Positions 51,094 through 58,832 of a stretch of DNA of 58,832 bases are shown here, piece after piece. Both the position numbers and the translations under genes were made by a program. Location of the stretch: contig DAJR01000022.1 in the NCBI GenBank assembly GCA_002496385.1, forward strand, positions 1 through 58,832, written 5' to 3'. Every line of letters starts with the position of its first letter. Position 1 is the first letter of the stretch. The notes beneath the pieces are model-generated. The model was not told the origin of the DNA. It saw only the letters and a list, made by a program, of their open reading frames with translations, and did no database searches. The stretch is from Methanomassiliicoccales archaeon UBA147. Its GTDB lineage: Archaea > Thermoplasmatota > Thermoplasmata > SG8-5.

Positions 51094-52167
51094 CTATAGC
51101 GTGCAATTACACTTCACTCTCTTCCACCGCATCCCGACTTCCCGCCACATCCCCACTGTCTCCTTGCACATGGCCACATCGCACTTCGAGTCATGCTCGC
51201 GTATCTTGTCGATGAGCATTGTGTACATCTCCAGGCGGATATCATCGGGCGCTTTCAGACCCCAGTTGGAGCGGTCGCTGAGATATTCGATCCAGGATTT
51301 GTCCTTGCAGAAATTGATGGTGCTCTGCAATCCCCTAAGAGAACCGAAGGTTATGCGCTCCGGTTCGAGACTCTGGTAGATGAGGTCAACCAGATTCGAA
51401 TAGTTCTTTCTCCAGTACCTTGTGGGGACCATGGGGTCTATCCTGAGACGGACCTTGTAGCCAGCGTCCTGGAGCTGGCTGGCTGCCTTGATTCTCTGCA
51501 ACGGGGATGGGGCTTTCCTCTCCCATTTCTTTGCTATGGGGAGGGCGTTGACGCTGAAGCTGGTGATTATGCTGTCCTGAGATTCGGATTTTAGAATTCC
51601 GGCGATGTTGGCGGACTTGGAAACCAGCAGAAGTTTGTGGCGGTCCTGAGCCTTGAAAAGTGGGATTATATCCTTGGAGATGCTGAATTCCTTTCCCTCA
51701 TAGACCAGGGAATCCGACAGTTCTCCGGAATTGAGCACGGATGGCGTTCTCTCGGCCCTGAGATATTCCTCGATGTGGGCCAGCACCTTGGCTTTGTTCT
51801 TCAGGTACGGAGCCTTCCCCATGGGTCGGAATCGTAATGTACCGTTGAGGTAGCACCAGGCACAGTCAAAGTTGCACCCATTCGCCCATTTGAGTTCCAT
51901 GAAGTGTGGGCATACCACATCCGTATCCAGCTTTGGCGTAGGTGTTTTATCGAAAAGCGTGATGATTGAACCATCCGCGACCTGGGTTATCATGCGTTTT
52001 TTAGTCCCGGTAATCGTGTTCAGTTCTTTGAAAAGACTGCTAATGTGGCCTCCGGTGTTAATTCGCAAACAGGTTATGTCTGGCCGCAGCTGAAACTCCC
52101 TCTGTGCCTCTGAAATACTGAAGGATGCTGCCATATTTTCTCCGAAATTCCCGTTCTTGGATTGCAT
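51094..52167 (-). CDS. Spore photoproduct lyase-like radical SAM protein
   Basis: CPHF..W.NGCNFDCAWCYL (CxxxCxxC), NSGELSDSL, SFSVN, WE...PSP..RI.AA, RLRIDP. Start uncertain. Confidence 0.8.
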   Translation of the reverse strand: MQSKNGNFGENMAASFSISEAQREFQLRPDITCLRINTGGHISSLFKELNTITGTKKRMITQVADGSIITLFDKTPTPKLDTDVVCPHFMELKWANGCNFDCAWCYLNGTLRFRPMGKAPYLKNKAKVLAHIEEYLRAERTPSVLNSGELSDSLVYEGKEFSISKDIIPLFKAQDRHKLLLVSKSANIAGILKSESQDSIITSFSVNALPIAKKWERKAPSPLQRIKAASQLQDAGYKVRLRIDPMVPTRYWRKNYSNLVDLIYQSLEPERITFGSLRGLQSTINFCKDKSWIEYLSDRSNWGLKAPDDIRLEMYTMLIDKIREHDSKCDVAMCKETVGMWREVGMRWKRVKCNCTL

Positions 52168-52250
52168 CGAACCTATTTAGTTGTTGGTACCATATAAGAA
52201 GGAACATGGGGTCTCCGAAACTACTTCACACCTGCACCTGGCCCTCCCCC

Positions 52251-52455
52251 CATGCCCCGCGTGTAAGCGCGGGGTCGTGGCCCGGTTTGCGGAACCGGGC
52301 TGGTGAGGCGATTCTCTTTCTTTCATCCTTTGAGGCCTGGCCTGTACGAGCATTGTAGCTCAGAAGCATTTGTTTACATCAATACGAGCAAGCCGAGTGG
52401 CGCACCATTCGGCGATGAGGGCCAGGAGGTGTTGACATCGACATCCATCCCGGCC
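52251..52455 (-). mobile_element. Dispersed palindromic element, inverted copy (right flank of tcmP cassette); right edge approximate
   Basis: 52341-52420 is a close reverse complement of 49921-50000. End motif reads CCCCGCGCTTACACGCGGGGCATG on the minus strand (52251-52274). Confidence 0.7.
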
Positions 52456-52575
52456 CCAAAGCTCCGGCACCGGTCAACCAGATGCCCGTGCTTCCACAAA
52501 AGCTAGAGAGAATAGTCAGCCATGCAAGAGCTTGGAAAATGGACCCCGGCCTTTACGCCGAATTTAAATTCGGCT

Positions 52576-52750
52576 AACTCGCATTGATGTTCGCAGATTG
52601 CCAGGAAGCTACAATGCTCGTACAGCCGAGGTTTCCCTGTTTGGCAACTGTCCGAAAATGCATTCTATAAGCGCACTCGGTGTCAAAATGGTTCCAAACC
52701 CCGCCCTCATAAGCATTGTAGCTCATTGACATTTGTCAACATCAATGCGA
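52576..52750. repeat. Forward copy of the element truncated in its end hairpin and fused to an inverted core fragment
   Basis: Core at 52581-52617, then aatgcattctat, then CCCCGCCCTCA (52699-52709), directly followed by an inverted core at 52713-52748. Confidence 0.7.
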
Positions 52751-52997
52751 ATGAGACTAATTGCTCATTATCATAAATGAACCGCAATTAGTTGCACAGG
52801 CAGGGCATGCTGGTTGGATATAGACGTGCGGGTTTGCATGCCGATGGCAGGTTTGGGCACCCAGCCAACCATCCCTATATTCAGTTCCGGCCAACCGCCC
52901 AAAACACTCCCGCACCCTCCTCGTTCCAAACCCCAGCAGGCTTCGGATACCGACAAAAAGTATATTAGCCAAGAAGGCCTATATTTCGCTCGATAGC

Positions 52998-53552
52998 ATG
53001 AAAGGCAAGCTCCCGGTAAGCGAGATCATGACCGCTGAGATACCGCAGATGGAACCGTTCGAGTCGATCCAGGATGCCGCCGCCGAGATGGTGGAGCACG
53101 GCACAGGCTGCGTCATCATCACCGAGGAAGGCAACCCCGTGGGAATTGTCACGGAGCGCGACATCGTCCGCAAGGTGGTGAGCGCGCGCAAGAACCCGGC
53201 CCGGGTCCAGCTCAGGGACATCATGAGCTCCCCTGTTGTTTGGATACCCCGGAACACCGACATACTGGAAGCCGCCAGGCAGATGGCCAAGCTGAAACTC
53301 AGGAAACTGGCCGTGATGCATGACGGCCGATTGCTCGGTGTCGTCTCCGCCCAGGATATTCTGGGAATCGCGCCGCACCTGATCGAGGTCACCAGGGAAC
53401 TGGCAAACCTCTCCGGCGAACAGGACGACATGCTGGCCGCTTCGGTGGAACAGGCTTCGGGATACTGCGAGAGCTGCAAGGCCTACTCGGACATGCTCGA
53501 ATATTATGATGGCGAGCTGATATGCCCCGGATGCAAGGAACGCCTGGAATAA
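52998..53552 (+). CDS. Tandem CBS-domain protein with C-terminal zinc ribbon
   Basis: VSEIM, VGIVTERDIV, DIMSSPV, LLGVVS, then CESC...CPGC. Confidence 0.9.
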   Translation: MKGKLPVSEIMTAEIPQMEPFESIQDAAAEMVEHGTGCVIITEEGNPVGIVTERDIVRKVVSARKNPARVQLRDIMSSPVVWIPRNTDILEAARQMAKLKLRKLAVMHDGRLLGVVSAQDILGIAPHLIEVTRELANLSGEQDDMLAASVEQASGYCESCKAYSDMLEYYDGELICPGCKERLE

Positions 53553-53593
53553 GCATGGTTACCTTTTTATAAACACCCGGTTTTCCATCACCC

Positions 53594-54241
53594 ATGAAGC
53601 AAGAGAGCCGGCTGATACTGGCACTGGACATAACCGACCGCCTGAGAGCATTGGACATCGTGGCCAAGGTGCAAAAACACGTTGACGCTGTCAAAGTGAA
53701 CTACCCCTTCGCCCTGGGGTGCGGCATGGGCGCGGTGAAGGAGCTGGCTGCCAAGGTTGATGTAATTTGCGATTTCAAGGTCGCAGACATTCCGAACACC
53801 AACAGGCTCATCACCGAGCAGGTAAAGATTGCCGGTGCCCGCGGAATCATCTGCCAGGCATTTCCCGGAAGGGACTCGCTCGATGCTTGCGTCAAGGCCG
53901 CAGAGGGCATGGATGTCTTCGTTGTCACAGAGATGAGCCATCCAGGCGCGGACATGTTCATGGTTCCAGTTGCCGAGAAGATGGCCAAGCTGGCTGTTGA
54001 AGTCGGCGCGGCCGGGATAATCGCGCCCGCCACAAGACCGGAGAAGGTCAAGGTTCTGAGAAAGATTGTCGGAGATATGAAGATACTTTCACCTGGCGTG
54101 GGCGCCCAGGGCGGTTCTGCGACCGACACGATCAAGGCCGGGGCGGATTATGTCATAGTCGGCAGGGCGATTTACGAGGCAGCAGACCCGGAAGCCGCCG
54201 CGAGGAAGCTCGCTGCGGAGATTCGAGAGGCAATCCCATGA
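53594..54241 (+). CDS. pyrF: Orotidine 5'-phosphate decarboxylase
   Basis: [46 protein letters not shown]. Confidence 0.96.
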   Translation: MKQESRLILALDITDRLRALDIVAKVQKHVDAVKVNYPFALGCGMGAVKELAAKVDVICDFKVADIPNTNRLITEQVKIAGARGIICQAFPGRDSLDACVKAAEGMDVFVVTEMSHPGADMFMVPVAEKMAKLAVEVGAAGIIAPATRPEKVKVLRKIVGDMKILSPGVGAQGGSATDTIKAGADYVIVGRAIYEAADPEAAARKLAAEIREAIP

Positions 54242-54870
54242 CCACGCCCATCCCCGCCTCCATGACAGCCGAGTGCCCGGATTGCGGCGAAGACACTCTC
54301 CACAAGACCCTGAAAGGCCGCTTTGCGGGAAAAAAGAGGCTGGAGATGGTCCTGAAATGCTCCAAGTGCGGCAGGGTCAGGACCGAGGTTCTTGAAGCGG
54401 AGCGCCAGGCCAAGATCAAGATAATCATCAGCCGGGACGATGTCTCCGAGCGCACAGTCACCGAGCTTCCCCTCGACTGGAGACTGGCCGTCGGGGACGA
54501 GTTCATGCACGGCGACGAGCGCCTTCAGGTCACGAACATCGAGGTCGGCGGGGCGAAGAAGAAGGCTGCGATGACCGGCGATATCCAGACGCTCTGGGCC
54601 AAGAATTTCGACCAAGTAAGGGTCAAGATATCCACCAACAGGCAGGGTCACACGACCTCCACCGAGGTTCTGACTGACCCGGAAGAGGAATTCACTGTCG
54701 AGACAGAGATCGAGATAGACGGCACGCCTGTCATAATCCATTCCATCAAACTCAAGGATAAAAGGATCCGCAGGGGCTCAGCTACCGCTAGGGACATCGT
54801 GCGGATTTATTGCACGGATTCCAGACCCATGCGCCGGCCCAGATACCGGGAAAGGGTCAATCGTTCTTGA
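54238..54870 (+). CDS. HVO_0476-like archaeal zinc-finger protein
   Basis: CPDCGE.T.H..LK...[37 protein letters not shown]. Confidence 0.8.
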   Translation: MTTPIPASMTAECPDCGEDTLHKTLKGRFAGKKRLEMVLKCSKCGRVRTEVLEAERQAKIKIIISRDDVSERTVTELPLDWRLAVGDEFMHGDERLQVTNIEVGGAKKKAAMTGDIQTLWAKNFDQVRVKISTNRQGHTTSTEVLTDPEEEFTVETEIEIDGTPVIIHSIKLKDKRIRRGSATARDIVRIYCTDSRPMRRPRYRERVNRS

Positions 54871-55912
54871 TAAGGGCCACCACGGCGACTCCCACTATGC
54901 CTATGGCGGCCAGCAATGTAACCAGCCCGTCGACGCCTAGTTCAGCTTCAGGGCCGGATATGGATATCACGCTGTCAGCGTTCTGCGGAATGTAAACAAC
55001 CACATCGTAGCCCTCCGCTGTCTTGGAGGCAAAGTATGAAGGCTCCTCGCCACCGCCCCAGAGGGTCTCTGTCATGCCCGCGCCCATGGCGACCTTCTTG
55101 CCGTCCAGCGTGACCCGGAGGTCGTCCGCGGAGTCATAATCCAGGTATGAGTTCGCCACATGGACGACCACTGATTTCTGGCTCGAAGTCCCCATGACCT
55201 GGACATCGACGATTTCCTCGGATGCTGCCACGGTGTATATGTCCGTGCCGTCATAGGCCACCACGTCCTCGCCGACCGTCCAGCCTGGCTTCAGAAGGTA
55301 CATCTCTGCGGAAACCAACCCCTCGGCCACGGCGCTTCCGATTGCCTGTTCCTGCAGGGTGTCGGCCCTGAATATCACGGTCGAACCCGGCGGCATCATG
55401 AAAACGACATCCTGGCCAGATATTGTGACGGTGGCGCCGCCCGACATGACGAACACGCCGCCCGCATCCTCGCTGCCCACGATAACGGCGCTGCCCTTCT
55501 TTATCGCTCCAGTGCCGATAGCCAGTTCGAATTTCATGTAATTCGTGGCTTCGGCATTGTATTCGATGACCGTGCTCGGTATCTCGTGAATGTTCAAATC
55601 CCCGTACTGGTCAGCATGGGTCTTCTTCACATCGCCAGTGAACTCGATTCCGGATTCGAAATCCTGCAGGCCGACTCTGCTGAACAGGTCCGAAGTATCG
55701 AGTCCCCTGACCAGGGAATAATTTGCAAGCGGATACACGAAATCGGCTGACGGCGGGTTGACCGCCAGCTCGTAGGATGAGTATTCATTTGATATCGGGA
55801 CATACTGGCCTGTACCCGACAATACTAGCAGGGAGACGGTGACAGCAACCAGAATAATCATGGCGACTAAGCCGCTTGTCAGCTCGACCCTGGTTTTTCT
55901 CATAAATCTCAT
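54857..55912 (-). CDS. Hypothetical exported protein with N-terminal signal/TM helix and C-terminal membrane anchor
   Basis: Basic N-terminus plus hydrophobic stretch, beta-rich acidic body, C-terminal hydrophobic helix followed by KND. Confidence 0.7.
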   Translation of the reverse strand: MRFMRKTRVELTSGLVAMIILVAVTVSLLVLSGTGQYVPISNEYSSYELAVNPPSADFVYPLANYSLVRGLDTSDLFSRVGLQDFESGIEFTGDVKKTHADQYGDLNIHEIPSTVIEYNAEATNYMKFELAIGTGAIKKGSAVIVGSEDAGGVFVMSGGATVTISGQDVVFMMPPGSTVIFRADTLQEQAIGSAVAEGLVSAEMYLLKPGWTVGEDVVAYDGTDIYTVAASEEIVDVQVMGTSSQKSVVVHVANSYLDYDSADDLRVTLDGKKVAMGAGMTETLWGGGEEPSYFASKTAEGYDVVVYIPQNADSVISISGPEAELGVDGLVTLLAAIGIVGVAVVALIKND

Positions 55913-56068
55913 CTGGGAAGAATGGAGGAGGCTACCTCCCCCATTTCTGAGGGAGGTTCTATTATGTGGGCAGAATAATAGATATTAGCCTCTGAAACAT
56001 AATAGAGACGATGTAGTTTATATACGGTTTGGTACAAGCATCGAACGGAACCGCTGTTGCCCCGGGGC

Positions 56069-56731
56069 TCAGACGACTACCTCGCCGCCAAGCATCACGG
56101 AGACCAGCACGCAGAGGATGGCTGTCACCATGCCCACGGCCAGCATTTTCAGGCCATGCCAAAGCATGTTCTCCTCGGTCACCTTCGCCAGATACATGCC
56201 CAGCAGCGAGAGGATTATGAGGGTGAGCGCGACCGAAGCGATGAACGCGGTTCCCATGTCAAGGAATCCCATGGTAACGAGGAAGAAGGGGGAGACCACG
56301 ATAAGGGCGGCAATCGCCGGACTGACTGCATCCACCAGGGCTGTGGCGCGAGTCGCAAAAAGCGCGGCTTCCTTTTGCAGGGACTCGTCCTTCATGGGCT
56401 TGCACATGGCCTTCTCGATGTCCTTCAGTTCCTTGGTCCGCTCCGCGCTCTCTGCCATGTATGCCCCGCTGAACCCTGAGATTCCCATGGCGAAGGAACC
56501 CGAAATGCCCGCGGCAATGATGACCGAAGGGTTCTCCATGTGAGCCATGCTTGCCCCGATGACTACCCCCAGCATTGTGAGCGCCCCGTCAAAGGCATTC
56601 ATTACAAAATATCGCCTGGCGATGGGCCCAAGCTCGGAAATCTCGACATAATTCCTCCAGCGCTCAAGGCGACCGGTTCTTCGTCTATGGCTTGGGTCTT
56701 CGTCTTCCATCGGCTGTTCCTGAGGTTCCAA
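56069..56731 (-). CDS. VIT1/CCC1-like membrane protein (archaeal type)
   Basis: RRYFVMNAFDGALTMLG, MGISGFSGAYMAESAE, several TM segments. Confidence 0.8.
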   Translation of the reverse strand: MEPQEQPMEDEDPSHRRRTGRLERWRNYVEISELGPIARRYFVMNAFDGALTMLGVVIGASMAHMENPSVIIAAGISGSFAMGISGFSGAYMAESAERTKELKDIEKAMCKPMKDESLQKEAALFATRATALVDAVSPAIAALIVVSPFFLVTMGFLDMGTAFIASVALTLIILSLLGMYLAKVTEENMLWHGLKMLAVGMVTAILCVLVSVMLGGEVVV

Positions 56732-56883
56732 TGACGTTCAGCTTTTAATATTTTCGGTTTTCCTCCCATTGAAGAGCGCACTTCTCTTCTCAAAATGCAG
56801 AACTAATATTAAATATGAGGAGACATATCCGTGCCTACCTCGACTGGCAATTTAATTGGCCAGCATCTCAAGGGGGACATCAA

Positions 56884-57342
56884 ATGGCACGAATGCACGC
56901 GCGCAAAAAAGGAAAATCATCGTCAAGGCGACCGTTCTTGACCGAGAACCCGAAATGGGTCCCTCTCGGCAAAACCGAGATAGAGGAGCTCATCGTCAAA
57001 ATCGCGGCCGACGGAAACACCAGTGCTATGATAGGTCTCATACTCAGGGACCAGCACGGCATACCGAACGTGAAGCTGGCAACCGGAAAGAGCGTCACAC
57101 AGATTCTCAAGGAGAAGGGGATAATGTCCAAGCTCCCCGAGGATATGGGCGCCCTTCTGAAAAAGGTCATCAGCCTGAATTCATATCTCAAACACAATCC
57201 GCGCGACCTCCACAACACGCGCAACCTGCACCTTCTGGAAGCCAAGATCAGGCGTCTGGAACGGTATTACAAGAACAAAGGCGTGATTCCCGATACCTGG
57301 AAATACTCGCTTGACCGCGCAGAGCTTGAACTGAGCAGGTAA
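56884..57342 (+). CDS. rps15: 30S ribosomal protein S15 (archaeal S15P/S13e)
   Basis: MARMHARKKGKSSS.RP, IGLILRDQHGIP.VK, LPED, EAKIRRL.RYYK. Confidence 0.97.
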   Translation: MARMHARKKGKSSSRRPFLTENPKWVPLGKTEIEELIVKIAADGNTSAMIGLILRDQHGIPNVKLATGKSVTQILKEKGIMSKLPEDMGALLKKVISLNSYLKHNPRDLHNTRNLHLLEAKIRRLERYYKNKGVIPDTWKYSLDRAELELSR

Positions 57343-57344
57343 GC

Positions 57345-58712
57345 ATGCCGAAGGGCGAGTTGCCTGACCTCACATTCAGCGCCTCGCTTTCCCGGCGCCT
57401 CGAAGATGCCGCAGCCATCATGCGGTCGCACAGAGGCTTTGTAAGGATATTCTCCCATTACGACCCGGACGGCATCGGCTCGGCTGCCGTCGCATGCCAG
57501 ATGGTGAAGAACCTCGGCCTGGGTTTCCAGGCGACCCTGTCCCACAAACTGGACGATGCCATGCTTGATGAGATACGGTCTTCCACGCCGCCGGAGCATC
57601 TCTTACTTTTCACTGACATGGGCAGCTCCAAGGTGAGCCTGCTGGATGAATTCCCCAACAGCGTGATTGTGATAGACCACCATCAGCCCGAGAAGGAAGG
57701 CCAGAGGATAATACACCTGAACCCCCACCTCTTCGGGATAGACGGGGCCAGGGAAGCGTCCGCATCGACATTCTCTATTGGCCTCGCAGTCACGCTGGAC
57801 AAAGCGAACTGGAAGATGGTCGGACCGGCCCTGGCAGGCGCAGTGGGCGACCGGCAGAACCTTGGCGGCTTCAGGGGCTACAACGAGGATCTGGTCATTG
57901 CGGCTGCCGGCAGGGAGCTCGTGAAGCTGGAGACCGGGCCCAACCTCAAGGGCAGGACGATATACGATTCAATGCTGGAACATCCCGAACCCTACTTCCG
58001 GGGCATCACAGGCCGGAAAAGGGAGACCAGCCGCCTTGTGAAATGGCTGGGATTGGAAAAGGAGACCCAGCTCAACCAACTCGACGAAGAGAAAAAACGC
58101 TTCCTAACCTCCATTTGCGCGATGAGGCTGCTCAGGCAGGGAGCGACCCCGGAGGCAACAGGGGACTTGGTGATGACCAGGTACTGGATTCACGACTGGG
58201 AGATGTACGCCGACCAGCTCAGCTCGCTATTCAACAGTTGCTCGAGGCAGGGCGAACAGGGTCTCGGGCTCGCCCTTGCGCTGGGGGACAAGGCAGCTTT
58301 GGAGAAGGCCATGGAGCATGAGAGGGTGCACAGGGAGTTCATCCTCCAGAACCTCAGGGAATTGGAGGTCGAGCCGCCGAAGGCGATGAAGAACATTCAA
58401 TACTTCAAGACTGCCGAGGTGAATTACGCAGGCGTGCTGGCAGGGCTCGGGGCCCTGTATTTCTTTGACAATTCGAAGCCTACTTTCGGGGCTGCCGAGA
58501 AGGATGGTGCGCTCCACCTTTCGGCGAGGGCTCCCAGAAGCCTGGTGAAGGCAGGCCTGAACCTCGGCCTGGCTTGCAAATCCGCAGCCGAGAAGGTCAG
58601 CGGCGCCGGCGGAGGCCATGACATCGCGGCAGGGGCCACCTTCCCTGTTGATGCCGAGAAGAAGTTCCTTAAGGAGTTGGACAGGATAGTCGGGGAGCAG
58701 CTCGGGAATTGA
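57345..58712 (+). CDS. DHH-family phosphoesterase (RecJ/GAN-like) with DHHA1 domain
   Basis: SHYDPDG, FTDMGS, IDHH, HLNPH, GAVGD, GGGHDIAAGA. Follows S15 as in the common archaeal gene order. Confidence 0.92.
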   Translation: MPKGELPDLTFSASLSRRLEDAAAIMRSHRGFVRIFSHYDPDGIGSAAVACQMVKNLGLGFQATLSHKLDDAMLDEIRSSTPPEHLLLFTDMGSSKVSLLDEFPNSVIVIDHHQPEKEGQRIIHLNPHLFGIDGAREASASTFSIGLAVTLDKANWKMVGPALAGAVGDRQNLGGFRGYNEDLVIAAAGRELVKLETGPNLKGRTIYDSMLEHPEPYFRGITGRKRETSRLVKWLGLEKETQLNQLDEEKKRFLTSICAMRLLRQGATPEATGDLVMTRYWIHDWEMYADQLSSLFNSCSRQGEQGLGLALALGDKAALEKAMEHERVHREFILQNLRELEVEPPKAMKNIQYFKTAEVNYAGVLAGLGALYFFDNSKPTFGAAEKDGALHLSARAPRSLVKAGLNLGLACKSAAEKVSGAGGGHDIAAGATFPVDAEKKFLKELDRIVGEQLGN

Positions 58713-58754
58713 ACTCTAATGTGACATCCGTTGCATCAAGTGAATATATTGTAG

Positions 58755-58832
58755 AGGGGCTAGGGGCTTTGCATAGAAAATGGGATAAAGGGTCTTTGTT
58801 TACAAAATGGTATAAAGGGGCTAGGGGCTTTG
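58755..58832. repeat. Imperfect short tandem repeats running off the window edge
   Basis: aggggctaggggctttg at 58755-58771 and 58816-58832. aaaatgg.ataaaggg occurs twice between them. Confidence 0.6.

Noticed and set aside
49957-52748. 36-bp repeats with partial palindromy as a CRISPR array
   Set aside because: Copies are scattered, in both orientations, differ in their centres, are not separated by regular spacers, and no cas gene is present.
55919-55948. Imperfect hairpin just upstream of the exported-protein gene
   Set aside because: Single, imperfect and G/C-run driven; not distinguishable from chance or a simple RBS-region structure.

Overview
Archaeal chromosome segment. Gene content (archaeal RPA pair, Dph5, Trm5, archaeosine radical SAM, S15-DHH pair, DUF835/DUF2226-type domains) best fits a Thermoplasmatota genome; this is inference, not a phylogeny. 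GC-rich housekeeping genes fill roughly 6.3-14.6 kb and 43.6-58.7 kb. The centre (about 15.5-43.0 kb) is an accessory block with two Rab-like small GTPases and a head-to-tail array of eight full-length (plus one 45-codon stub) STAND/SWACOS-type ATPase-TPR genes. Each full-length gene carries a ~130-aa insert with longin-fold topology inside the ATPase domain and ends in a divergent, mostly AT-rich TPR region. This GTPase + longin-STAND-TPR locus is the strongest candidate for an undescribed signalling or immune-sensor system. Other highlights: a bacterial-type DnaA AAA+ domain fused to archaeal DUF2226-like and DUF835 domains next to a KaiC/RAD55 ATPase; a tRNA-Thr(UGU) with both ends duplicated around hairpin-rich inserts; and a dispersed ~200-bp palindromic element family, two inverted copies of which bracket a TcmP + SPL-like radical SAM gene pair. 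Domain calls come from motif reading only; no searches were run.
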